From an uncultured delta proteobacterium (GTDB lineage Bacteria > Desulfobacterota > Binatia > UBA9968), in NCBI GenBank assembly GCA_963816145.1, contig CAWFJP010000004.1:416001-480000 (forward strand): 64,000 bases of DNA, written 5' to 3'. Below, piece by piece: positions 47,050 to 56,568 of the stretch. The notes under the pieces were generated by a model. That model saw only the letters and a program-made list of their open reading frames with translations, did no database searches and had not been told where the DNA came from. Within the stretch, counting starts at the first letter, position 1. Each line of letters opens with the position of its first letter. The position numbers were made by a program, and so were the translations under genes.

Positions 47050-48282
47050 GTGAAGACCGGGAGTAAAAGAAAGACACGGAAAATTTCGGTTGCCGATATC
47101 CCGCACGTCGGGCCCGGAACCCCAGCCGGTGAGTGGTTTCGCCGCTATTGGCTGGTGGTCGGCACGGTGCAGGAACTGTACGACATTCCCCAAGCGGTCA
47201 AAATTCTCGGCGAGGAGCTGGTGTTGTTTCGCGATCCCAACGGCCAAATCGGTTTGCTTGGCGAGCATTGTCCACACCGCGGTTCCTCGCTCGAGTATGG
47301 AGATATCGAAGATGGCGGTTTGCGCTGCCCGTATCATGGCTGGCTCTTCGATGTTCACGGCCGCTGTCTGGAAATGCCGGCGGAGCCCAAGGACAGCAAG
47401 TTCTGCCAGAAGGTCAAGCATCTTGCCTATCCGGTGCGCGAGTTGGGCGGGCTGATCTTTGCTTACATGGGACCGGACCAAGCCAAACCGCCACCGCTGC
47501 CGCAATATGCGCCACTACTCGAACGCGGCGGCCAGCGCCAGGTCGAGCCGGTGCGCCACGCCGATTACAATTGGTTCAATTTTTTTGAAAACTCCGCCGA
47601 CCCGGCGCATGTTTGCGTGCTTCATCGCCACGCCGGTTACGGCCAGCAGTCGTGGGGCGATCATTTCTTTAGTTATACCGACATGCCGAACGTCGATTTC
47701 GTCGAAATGGATTACGGCATGAAAGTCGTGATGACCAAGCCCGGGCCGCGGCCGGGAACCGAGTTCGTCGACGAGATGAGTCTGGCGCTGCCGAGCATTG
47801 TGCAGGTGGGCGACACCGAGTTCGTCCATGCCAAGATGGACGCCGCGGCGCTGATTAACGAAGGCTCGCGTTGCGAGCACTGGATGTTCGTCACGCCCAA
47901 CGACGACGACCACTTCATGTTGTTCACCGCCGATAATTACCGGGGGCCGGTGGAAAGTTTCTTCGACAAACTCAAAGCCCTGCGCGCCCAGGAAATGCCG
48001 ATCCAGGAAGTGAAGCCCTACGACAAGCGCAAATACATGCCGTACAAAGGCAACGTGCGTAAGGAAGACATCATGACGCAGGGCACTCAGGGTCTGTTGG
48101 GCGAGCGTCAGGAACAGCTTGGAGTTTCGGATCGCGGCGTCATCAAGTTTCGCAAGATTGTCTTGGACGCCATTGAAACGGCACTGCAAGGCGGCACGCC
48201 AACAGGTTTGCTGCCGAGAGATCCGGCGACGGGCATCACCCGTTTGGATACGGCGGTGGGAGTTAGACCGAAAGCTAATTGA
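47050..48282 (+). CDS. Rieske non-heme iron oxygenase alpha subunit
   Basis: CPHRG..CPYHGW; ENSADPAHVCVLH; close paralog of 42010. Confidence 0.9.
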   Translation: MKTGSKRKTRKISVADIPHVGPGTPAGEWFRRYWLVVGTVQELYDIPQAVKILGEELVLFRDPNGQIGLLGEHCPHRGSSLEYGDIEDGGLRCPYHGWLFDVHGRCLEMPAEPKDSKFCQKVKHLAYPVRELGGLIFAYMGPDQAKPPPLPQYAPLLERGGQRQVEPVRHADYNWFNFFENSADPAHVCVLHRHAGYGQQSWGDHFFSYTDMPNVDFVEMDYGMKVVMTKPGPRPGTEFVDEMSLALPSIVQVGDTEFVHAKMDAAALINEGSRCEHWMFVTPNDDDHFMLFTADNYRGPVESFFDKLKALRAQEMPIQEVKPYDKRKYMPYKGNVRKEDIMTQGTQGLLGERQEQLGVSDRGVIKFRKIVLDAIETALQGGTPTGLLPRDPATGITRLDTAVGVRPKAN

Positions 48283-48344
48283 GAATTGATAATGGAGAAT
48301 TGATAATTTCGGAACTGGGTGCTGGCGCGAAAACAGGAGGAATC

Positions 48345-49235
48345 ATGATTCGTGGAGTTCTATTACCGATTATCACACCGTTCGATGACAAGGTTCGCGT
48401 CGATGAGCAGATGATGCGCCAGTTGGTCGATTTTCACATCAAGGCGGGAGTGCAGGGTTTGTTCGTTCTTGGCTCGACCGGCCAGGGGCCGGCGATGACT
48501 ACGGAGGAGCGCAAGCAGACCGCGGCGGCGGCGTTGGATCAGACGAAGAAGCGGGTGCCGGTGGTGATCCACGTCGGCACCGCCGACGCTGGCAGCGCGG
48601 TGGAGCTGGCGGTGCATGCGGCTGAGCATGGCGCCGATGCGGTGGCAATCGTGCCGCCGTATTATTATTCCGACCACACCGAGTTCGAAATCATGGCGCA
48701 TTACAAAGCGGTGCATAACGCGATGCCGCTGCCGATTTATATTTACGAGAATCCAAAATACTCCGGCATCTCGATCCCACCAGGCTTCGCGGTGCGGATG
48801 AAAGAACAAGTGCCGGCGTTGAAAGGCATCAAAGTCGCGTACGGCCAAGGCGCGCTGCTCGAATATGTCCGTTTAATGCCCGACGTTTCGGTCTTTACCG
48901 GCAATGCCGATCTGTTCGGCCTGGTGCCCTTTGGCGTCGCCGGCATGATCAATCCACCGACCAGCTTCGCACCGGAGATCTGCGTCGACTTGTTCAAAAA
49001 GCTCGATAGCAAAGACTACGCTGGCGCCGTCGAAGCACAGAAGAAGGTCGATAACGCGGCGCGGATCGTCGCAGCGCGCTTGCGCAAATGGGGCCGGGTG
49101 CCGTTGCAGGAAGTCTATCGTATGCGCGGTTTCGCGGTGAAGCGTTTTCCCAAGTGGGAGACCGAGCAGATGCCCAAGGATGAGATCGTCAAACTGGAAC
49201 GCGAGCTGCGTGACAACGGCATTCTCGGTCAGTGA
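48345..49235 (+). CDS. DapA/NanA family class I aldolase/lyase
   Basis: ITPFD, GSTGQG, VPPYYY, YIYENP, GIK Schiff-base Lys; RBS AGGAGG. Confidence 0.88.
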   Translation: MIRGVLLPIITPFDDKVRVDEQMMRQLVDFHIKAGVQGLFVLGSTGQGPAMTTEERKQTAAAALDQTKKRVPVVIHVGTADAGSAVELAVHAAEHGADAVAIVPPYYYSDHTEFEIMAHYKAVHNAMPLPIYIYENPKYSGISIPPGFAVRMKEQVPALKGIKVAYGQGALLEYVRLMPDVSVFTGNADLFGLVPFGVAGMINPPTSFAPEICVDLFKKLDSKDYAGAVEAQKKVDNAARIVAARLRKWGRVPLQEVYRMRGFAVKRFPKWETEQMPKDEIVKLERELRDNGILGQ

Positions 49236-49247
49236 GGCGAGCGAAAG

Positions 49248-49754
49248 TTGACTCCCGAAGCTGCCAACAAAGTAGTCGACGGCCTCAAGCAAGCCGGCAT
49301 CGATTTCGTCGCCTATCTTCCCGAAACGCGCTTGAGCGAAATACTGCCGGTGCTGAAGGCGGACGACGCGTTCATGCTAGTGCCCGTGGCGAGCGAAGCG
49401 GAGGCGGTCGGCATCGCCGCCGGCGCGTCCCTCGGCGGCAAGCAACCGGCGCTGTACATGGAAGGCACCGGCTTGTTTGTCTCGTCGTACAATCTGCTCA
49501 CCCTCGGTGAGCGCTACGGCGTGCCGATGTTGCTGCTGATCAGTTATATCGGCAGCATGGATGACCGGCGCAGCACCTTTCTTTACTCGCACTATGGCAC
49601 GCATATGGTGCCGCAACTCGAGGCGCTGGGAATCCAGTACGAGATTGTCAAAGACGCTAACAATATTGGGACCAACGTTAAGAACGCGGTGCGGCTGATG
49701 CATGGGTTGAAGCAGCCGGTGGCTCTGCTGTTTACCGGCGAGTTTACGATTTAA
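49248..49754 (+). CDS. ThDP-dependent 2-oxoacid decarboxylase alpha subunit (ComD/phosphonopyruvate decarboxylase-like)
   Basis: GIDFVAYLPE, VASEAEAVGIAAGA.LGG, YME.TG. Confidence 0.85.
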   Translation: MTPEAANKVVDGLKQAGIDFVAYLPETRLSEILPVLKADDAFMLVPVASEAEAVGIAAGASLGGKQPALYMEGTGLFVSSYNLLTLGERYGVPMLLLISYIGSMDDRRSTFLYSHYGTHMVPQLEALGIQYEIVKDANNIGTNVKNAVRLMHGLKQPVALLFTGEFTI

Positions 49755-49798
49755 GAAGGTAAGGGGTGAAGGGTTAGGGGTAAGGAGTTCAGATCAAG

Positions 49799-50782
49799 AT
49801 GAAGAATCTTGTTGGCAAAATTGTTGTGTATGCTCGGCTTTTGTCTGGTTGTCGGGCACTGATCGTACCGACTCCCGCCCTCGCGCAGAAGATCAACATC
49901 GCGGTCTCCAACCCCGATATGTCTTTTCTCAGCGGCGGTGTGGCCAAGTTCAAGGGCTTTTTCAAAGAAGAAGGTTTGGACGCGGAACTGGTGCAAATCA
50001 CCGCCAATGTTTCGATTGCCGCGTTGGCCAGCGGCAATATCGATTACAATCTGATCCTGCAATCGGTCGTGACCGGAAACTTGCGCGGCTTGCCGATCAA
50101 GGTCGCGGGCATTTTGATCGAGCGGCCCAACCATGTCGTCGTCGTCAATCCGAAAATCACCCGCTTCGCCGATCTCAAAGGGAAAAAGATCGCGGTGAGT
50201 TCCTTCGGCTCGGCGACCGATATTTTGGCGCGGCTGACGGTAGAACATTTCAAGCTCAACCCCAATAAAGACGTTCAGTTCGTCGCCGCGGGCGGCGGCT
50301 CCGGCCGGCTGGCCCAATTGGAGTCCGGCCTGGTCGACGCTGCGGTAGTAGCGCCGCCGTCAGACGCGCTGGCGGAAGCGCGCGGTTTCAAGAGTTTGGT
50401 GCGGACGCGGGATATCTTGCTTTTTCCGGTGAACGGCGTCGGCCTGCATGAACAGAAGCTCAAGAACAATCGCAGCGAAGTGAAGCGCGTGCTGCGGGCG
50501 TTGCTCAAGGCGAACCGGTTCATTCTCGACGACAAGAAGGGCGCCATCGATGTTCTGCAGCGTTGGGGTCGCACGTCGTTGGCGGTCGCCGAACAGGGCT
50601 ATGCTTCGTCCGCATCCAATTACAGCCGCAATTTGCTAGCGCCGCGGGATGCGCTGGAGAAAGTCATCGAGAGCACGAAGCTCAATATCGACGTTAAGCG
50701 CGAAGTACCGCTCGGCGATGTTTTCGATTTCAGTTTGGTGCGGGAAATTCTCAGAGAAATGGGCGAGTCTCCCAAAGAATAG
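49799..50782 (+). CDS. ABC substrate-binding protein (NMT1/TauA-like)
   Basis: KGFFKEEGL, DLKGKKIAVSSFGSATD, FDFSLVRE; the signal region looks locally frameshifted. Confidence 0.85.
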   Translation: MKNLVGKIVVYARLLSGCRALIVPTPALAQKINIAVSNPDMSFLSGGVAKFKGFFKEEGLDAELVQITANVSIAALASGNIDYNLILQSVVTGNLRGLPIKVAGILIERPNHVVVVNPKITRFADLKGKKIAVSSFGSATDILARLTVEHFKLNPNKDVQFVAAGGGSGRLAQLESGLVDAAVVAPPSDALAEARGFKSLVRTRDILLFPVNGVGLHEQKLKNNRSEVKRVLRALLKANRFILDDKKGAIDVLQRWGRTSLAVAEQGYASSASNYSRNLLAPRDALEKVIESTKLNIDVKREVPLGDVFDFSLVREILREMGESPKE

Positions 50783-50788
50783 ATTGCT

Positions 50789-51388
50789 ATGCAGCGCTTT
50801 GAATGTTTGGAACAGCTTGCGCCGTTGATTTCGGATCAACTCGTCGTCACGTCATTGAGCGGGCAGCGGGTTGAGTGGGGGCAGTTATCCAAACATGACG
50901 GCAACCTGCTGCTCGGGTCCATGGGCAATGCGCTGGCGGTGGGATTGGGACTGGCGCTGGCGCTGCCGAAAAGAAAGGTGATCGTGCTCGAATCGGACGG
51001 CAGTCTGCTGCTGTCGCTCTATAACTTGCCCACCGTCGCCAACATGAATCCGGCCAATCTCGCGGTTTTCGTTTTCGACAACCAGGCCTACAGCGGCACC
51101 AAGATCAGCGAGCCCACCGCAACGGCGGGCAAGACGGATTTAGCGGGCATGGCGCGCAGCGCGGGCATCGAACACGCAGTGACTGTGCGCGATGTGGCGT
51201 CGTTTAAGAGCGAAGCCGCCGGAGCGATCGGCGAAGCCGGCCTTAGATTCGTCGTCGCCAAAGTCGAAGAGAGCCGTGGCCATCGGCGCATCGAGCGGAC
51301 CAATGTCGATTTGCTCGAAAATAAATATAGTTTCGTTCGCTATCTGGAGCGGACGGAAGCTAAGTCGATATTCAGGGGCCGTGGCTAA
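50789..51388 (+). CDS. ThDP-dependent decarboxylase beta subunit (ComE-like)
   Basis: GSMG, GLGLALALP, SDGSLL...DNQAY ThDP-binding motif. Confidence 0.85.
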   Translation: MQRFECLEQLAPLISDQLVVTSLSGQRVEWGQLSKHDGNLLLGSMGNALAVGLGLALALPKRKVIVLESDGSLLLSLYNLPTVANMNPANLAVFVFDNQAYSGTKISEPTATAGKTDLAGMARSAGIEHAVTVRDVASFKSEAAGAIGEAGLRFVVAKVEESRGHRRIERTNVDLLENKYSFVRYLERTEAKSIFRGRG

Positions 51389-51605
51389 GAGTCTGACAGT
51401 TTTGGTGGTTCTGACCAAGCGCCGATAAGCAAATAGTTCCGTTGCCGTCCGGTCCCTTCTCCTCGTGCGGGAGAAGGTTAGGATGAGGGGAATTAAATCA
51501 AGCACCCTCACCTCTGTCCTCTCCCGTCGAGGGAGAGGAGGTAAGATTTGGTCGAGTGGGACAGTGAAGTAAAGGCGACCTTAGACGCCATTATTTTCAT
51601 TCACG

Positions 51606-53885
51606 ATGATAAAAAACACAGCGAAGCGAGTGATCGGCATCCCGACCACCAGATCCGAAGGCCGGGAGAAAGTCTCGGGCGCGGCGATCTATGCGACCGA
51701 CGTGGTACTTCCTAACATGCTCTGGGCCAAGGCGCTGCGCAGTCCGATTCCCTACGGACGCATTCGGAAAATCAATGCCAGTAAAGCGCTCGCCCTGCCG
51801 GGTGTTCATGCCGTGGTGACCGGTGCCGGTGTCAAAGGCCAGCTCATCGGCCGAAAAATCTACGACATGCCGGTGCTTCCCGACGAGGTCGTGCGCTTTA
51901 TCGGTGAGAAAGTCGCGGTGGTCGCGGCGGAGAACGAGGAGATCGCCGAGGCCGCGACGGAATTGATCGAGGTTGAATACGACGAGCTGGAACCGTTGCT
52001 CGATCCCCTTGAAGCCATCCAGCCCAGCGCGACCCTGCTGCATCCCAACGTGCGACTCTATCGCGGCTTGCTGCACGAAATAAAAGCACCGAGCAACATT
52101 TTCGTCGATCTGACTTGGACCAAGGGCGATGTCGAAGCGGGCTTCCGCGATGCCGACTTAATCGTCGAAAACACTTTCACCACTCAACCGATGCATCAGG
52201 CTTACATCGAGCCGCACTCTTGCGTCGTGCAGGCGCATAGCTCGGGTGGCGCCGATGTTTGGGCCTGTTCCAAAGTTCCCTTTGCCTTGCGCGAGCAAAT
52301 GGCGACGGCGTTGCGCCGGCCGGCCGGCGATTTTCTCATGCATCCCTGTTACATCGGCGGCTGCTTCGGCGGCAAGGGCGACTTCATGGATGTGCCGGTG
52401 TGCTACTTGCTCTCACTTAAGAGCGGCCGCCCGGTGAAGATGGTGATGGATTATTCTGAGGAATTCACCGCCGGCAATCCGCGCCATGCCGCGGTGATTA
52501 AAGTAAAAACCGGCGTGAAGAAGGACGGCCGACTGGTTGCGCACCGCATGGACTATGTGTACGACAGCGGTGCCTACGGCGCTTTCAAACCGCAAGGTTA
52601 TTTGGTGGGCCCCAAGGAAGCGGCGGGGCCGTACAAGATCCCCAATATCTATATCAACGAGAAAATCGTCTACACTAACAAAATCCCCTGCGGCCATATG
52701 CGCGCGCCGGGCGAACCGCAAGGCTTTTTCGCCAATGAATCGCAGATGGATTTGGTGGCGCGGCGGCTGGGTGTGGACCCGATTGCGTTCCGCCGGAAAA
52801 ATCTCATGCACTCCGGTGATGTCTCGCCCATCGGTCATGTGGTGCCGCATATCAAGAGCGACGAAACCTTAGCGCAAGCGATGACGGCATCGGGGTACAA
52901 CAAGCCCAAACGGAGAAATCTCGGCCGCGGTTTGGCGCTGGCGCAGTGGCTGCCGCTAGGGGGCGAAGGGCATGCCTTCGTAACGGTTGATGCGGATGGT
53001 GAAGTCGCGGTTTCGACCGCAATGGTCGATCAGGGGGCCGGCACCTACACGGCGATGCGCCAGATTGTCGCCAACGAGTTGCAAGTACCGGTGGACCGCG
53101 TTCGATTCCATATTCTCAATACCAGTGCCGTCGCCGCGGATACCGGCGTCGGCGCCAGCCGGGCGACGCGGATTTTCGGTAATTCAACCTATGCCGCAGC
53201 GCTGCAAGTCAAAGCGAAGTTGCTGCAAGGCGCGAGCGCGATACTCGGGGTGCCGGCGGATGAGCTTTGGTTGACCGGCGCCGGCGCCATACGAAACCGC
53301 GCTGGCATGGAAGTCTCTTACGCCGCTATCGTTGCAAGTCTCGGTGGTTCGATTCGCTGCGAGGGTTCGTACAAAAATTTCGATAACGGCCCGGAAGCCG
53401 CGCTGGTCGCGCAAGTTGCCGAAGTCGAGGTCGACCGTGAGACGGGAGAGGTGATGTTGAAACACTTCACGACTGCCCATAGCACCGGTACGATCATCAA
53501 TCCGCTGATGCATCAAGGGCAGATTGACGGCGGGGTTGTGACGGCGATCGGTTATGCGCTGATGGAACAACTAGTTATAGAACAGGGCAAAGTTACGACG
53601 ACCAACTTCGGTGAGAGCAAGATCCCGTCGATTCGCGATATTCCACCGCTAAAAACGGTCATCCAGGAGTTCCCCGTCGGCAACGGTCCATATGGGGGAA
53701 TGAGCATCGGCGAGCCGCCCGTATTGGTCGCCGCCGCGGCGATCGCTAACGCGGTGCAGGACGCTGTCGGCGTGCGCATCTACGACTTGCCGATTACGGC
53801 GGAGAAGGTGCTGCGGGCGTTGAAAGAAGCTTCGGATTCGGAAACTTACCGCAAAGAGCGCAAAGAACGCAAAAAGAATAACTGA
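51606..53885 (+). CDS. Xanthine dehydrogenase family molybdopterin-binding subunit (aldehyde oxidoreductase-like)
   Basis: KVSGAAIYATD, LRSP, QAYIEPH, IGGCFGGK, MRAPG, DQGAG, INP....GQIDGG, IGEP. Confidence 0.92.
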   Translation: MIKNTAKRVIGIPTTRSEGREKVSGAAIYATDVVLPNMLWAKALRSPIPYGRIRKINASKALALPGVHAVVTGAGVKGQLIGRKIYDMPVLPDEVVRFIGEKVAVVAAENEEIAEAATELIEVEYDELEPLLDPLEAIQPSATLLHPNVRLYRGLLHEIKAPSNIFVDLTWTKGDVEAGFRDADLIVENTFTTQPMHQAYIEPHSCVVQAHSSGGADVWACSKVPFALREQMATALRRPAGDFLMHPCYIGGCFGGKGDFMDVPVCYLLSLKSGRPVKMVMDYSEEFTAGNPRHAAVIKVKTGVKKDGRLVAHRMDYVYDSGAYGAFKPQGYLVGPKEAAGPYKIPNIYINEKIVYTNKIPCGHMRAPGEPQGFFANESQMDLVARRLGVDPIAFRRKNLMHSGDVSPIGHVVPHIKSDETLAQAMTASGYNKPKRRNLGRGLALAQWLPLGGEGHAFVTVDADGEVAVSTAMVDQGAGTYTAMRQIVANELQVPVDRVRFHILNTSAVAADTGVGASRATRIFGNSTYAAALQVKAKLLQGASAILGVPADELWLTGAGAIRNRAGMEVSYAAIVASLGGSIRCEGSYKNFDNGPEAALVAQVAEVEVDRETGEVMLKHFTTAHSTGTIINPLMHQGQIDGGVVTAIGYALMEQLVIEQGKVTTTNFGESKIPSIRDIPPLKTVIQEFPVGNGPYGGMSIGEPPVLVAAAAIANAVQDAVGVRIYDLPITAEKVLRALKEASDSETYRKERKERKKNN

Positions 53886-53971
53886 TCACTCGGGGGGGGG
53901 GTGAATCCGCCCTGTGCGCTGCGGGTCCAATTGCGCCGGACGGCATTCCCTGCTAATTCAGACTACCAACT

Positions 53972-54478
53972 ATGAGAGACGAACTTGCCAAACGACTCGT
54001 GCAGGGTCTCAAAGACGCGGGGATCAATTTCGTCACCTATTTGCCGGAGACGCGATTGAGCCAGATCGTGCCGCTGATCCGCGACGATCCCGATATGGAG
54101 CTGATTGGGGTTGCCAACGAATCCGAGGCGATCACTATTGCCGCCGGAGCGACGCTCGGCGGCAAGCAGGCCGCCGTGTACATGGAAAACACCGGCATCT
54201 TCACGTCTTGTTACCCTCTGGTAACGGTGGGCAAGCAATTGGGCGTGCCGCTTTTGTTGGTCATTGCTTACCTCGGCGGTGTGCCGGATTGGCGCAACAG
54301 TTTTCTCTACGCGACCATCGGCAAGCATTCGATCCCGGTGCTGGATGGAGTCGGTATCGACCATTCATTGATCGAGGATGGCGACAAGCTTGAGCTCAAG
54401 ATCAAAGACGCGGTGCGCGCCGCCAATTCTTTGCGCAGTCCCTACGCGCTGCTTTTCGCCGGGGAGTTTTCCGAATGA
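53972..54478 (+). CDS. ThDP-dependent decarboxylase alpha subunit (ComD-like), paralog 2
   Basis: GINFVTYLPETRLS, ANESEAITIAAGA.LGG, YMENTG. Confidence 0.85.
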   Translation: MRDELAKRLVQGLKDAGINFVTYLPETRLSQIVPLIRDDPDMELIGVANESEAITIAAGATLGGKQAAVYMENTGIFTSCYPLVTVGKQLGVPLLLVIAYLGGVPDWRNSFLYATIGKHSIPVLDGVGIDHSLIEDGDKLELKIKDAVRAANSLRSPYALLFAGEFSE

Positions 54479-55077
54479 TTCGTTACGAATGTCTGCAGCT
54501 GCTGGCCAGTAAAATGACCGATCAATTGGTCGTAACCTCGCAAAGCGGCCAGCGCATCGAGTGGTCGCATTTGTCGCGCCATGAGGGCAACCTCTTGGTC
54601 GGCATGATGGGTTGCGCCATTGGCGTCGCCACCGGGCTGGCGCTAGCCCTGCCGCATCGCAAAGTGATCGCCCTCGACTCTGACGGCAGCGTGCTGCTGT
54701 CGCTGTTCAATCTCGCGACGTTGGGCAATTTGCAGCCGAAGAATCTGGTCGTTTATGTCTTCGACAACGGCGTCTACAGCGGCAGCCGCATCAGCTACCC
54801 GACCGCGACCTCCGGAAACACGGACTTGGCTGCCATGGCGCAGGGAGCCGGAATCAAGAATGCATGCACGATCCGGGATTTCCAAGATTTCAAAATGGCG
54901 GGTGTCGACGCCTTGAGCAAAAACGAATTGAGCTTCTTTGTCTGCAAAGTCGAGGAGAGCTTGCTGCACCGCGAAATTCCCCGTCCCAACACCGATCTCG
55001 CCGAGAACAAATACACCTTCGTGCGTTACTTGGAACGCACGGAAGAAAGAACTATTCCGTTCATCGGACGCGGTTGA
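54475..55077 (+). CDS. ThDP-dependent decarboxylase beta subunit (ComE-like), paralog 2
   Basis: ATGA-coupled; GMMG, DSDGSVLL, FDNGVY. Confidence 0.85.
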   Translation: MIRYECLQLLASKMTDQLVVTSQSGQRIEWSHLSRHEGNLLVGMMGCAIGVATGLALALPHRKVIALDSDGSVLLSLFNLATLGNLQPKNLVVYVFDNGVYSGSRISYPTATSGNTDLAAMAQGAGIKNACTIRDFQDFKMAGVDALSKNELSFFVCKVEESLLHREIPRPNTDLAENKYTFVRYLERTEERTIPFIGRG

Positions 55078-55282
55078 TTCGATGTTGGGGAAAAGATGAA
55101 CCTCGTCATGTTGGGCAAATTCCGAATTCGTCATACCGGCGAAAGCCGGTATCCATCCCTCATCCCCGCCTGGATTCCGGCGTGCGCCGGAATAACGGTA
55201 AGACGAGGGAATTCGAGTCGAAGCGATAATACCGATTGCTGGAAGGCGGCGGGCAATTCGTTGCGGAATCTAGGAGACCATC

Positions 55283-56308
55283 ATGCAAATAGTTTTTGCT
55301 TTGTTGATGTTTGCCATCACGTTCGCGGTCCATAATCCTTGGCCCGTCAATGCTCAGGACTACAAGGACAAGACGTTGACGATCATCGTCGGTTACTCGC
55401 CGGGCGGCTCCTTCGATCTCTATGCGCGAGTGCTGGCGCGCTACATCGGCCGTTACCTGCCGGGAAACCCGACGCGCATCGTCGAGAACATGACCGGCGC
55501 CGGCGGCATGATCGCCGCCAATCATCTCTACAATCGGGTGAAGCCCGACGGGTTGACCATCGGCGCGTGGGCATCGCCCTTGGTGCTGCAGCAGATTATG
55601 GGCAATGAAGCGGCGCAGTTTGACGGCCGACGCTTCGGTTATCTGGGCATTCCGTCCGAGTACGATACCGTTTGCACCTTCAATCAGAAGAGCGGCATCA
55701 GCAAAATGGACGACTGGGTCAATGCCAAACGGCCGCAAAAGATTTCCACCATCGGCCCGGGAACCAGCACTTCGGATATTCCCAAGCTTCTCAAAGCCGC
55801 GCTGAATCTGCCGATGGACGTGATCGACGGCTACAAAGGCGGCGCCGACGCGCGCCTCGCGGTGGAGTCCGGCGAAGTCGACGGTTACTGCGGCTCATGG
55901 GGAACCGTGGAGACGGTGTGGCGCAGCGCCTACGAGAGCAAGAAAATCATTCCGGTCCTGCAAGCGACGCTGAAGCCCAATCCCAAATACAAACAGATTC
56001 CGGTGGCGATGAATTTTGCGAAGACCGACGAGTCGCGCGAACTGCTGAAGATCGCCGACGATGTGCACGGCGCGCAATTCCCCTTCTCCGTGCCGCCGGG
56101 AATGGCTAAGGATCGTTTAGATCTGTTGCAAAAAGCGTTTCTGCAAACCTTCAAAGATCGAGACCTGATCGCTGAAGCAAAAAGAGCGCAGCTCGACATC
56201 GGTCCGGTGGATGGACCGACGATCACGAAAACCCTCTCAGGCCTGTACGATCTCAAACCGGCGACGGTGGCGCGGTTGAAGGAAATTCTGTTGCCGAAGA
56301 AGAAATAA
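55283..56308 (+). CDS. Tripartite tricarboxylate transporter substrate-binding protein (TctC/Bug)
   Basis: IIVGYSPGGSFDLYAR, VENMTGAGG, PDGLT, GYKGG, GEVDG. Confidence 0.9.
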   Translation: MQIVFALLMFAITFAVHNPWPVNAQDYKDKTLTIIVGYSPGGSFDLYARVLARYIGRYLPGNPTRIVENMTGAGGMIAANHLYNRVKPDGLTIGAWASPLVLQQIMGNEAAQFDGRRFGYLGIPSEYDTVCTFNQKSGISKMDDWVNAKRPQKISTIGPGTSTSDIPKLLKAALNLPMDVIDGYKGGADARLAVESGEVDGYCGSWGTVETVWRSAYESKKIIPVLQATLKPNPKYKQIPVAMNFAKTDESRELLKIADDVHGAQFPFSVPPGMAKDRLDLLQKAFLQTFKDRDLIAEAKRAQLDIGPVDGPTITKTLSGLYDLKPATVARLKEILLPKKK

Positions 56309-56568
56309 AAAACGAGTCGGTGATCGTGGCCCGTGATCGTCTGCGCCTGACCGCTGAAGCCGTGCGGCCGATTCCCGACACCGAAGGCGCTGGAAATATC
56401 CCGTGGACGCAGGTCGCGGATGCGTCGCTGGTGGAAGAAGTGCTGCGGAGGAACCGCTGGCGTCGAAGACGCTTCGGTATCATTCCCACTACGTTAATCC
56501 TATCTGACAGGCGAGCTCGTCAGCGAATTAGTGGCGAACTCTTGTCGATCTTGTAGCTCATGTTGGCC

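Noticed and set aside
12636-55077. Other genes ending in TGA (12638, 13985, 22794, 31964, 44382, 49235, 53885, 55077) as Sec read-through candidates
   Set aside because: The proteins are already full-length for their families and the UGA is not in a Cys-motif context
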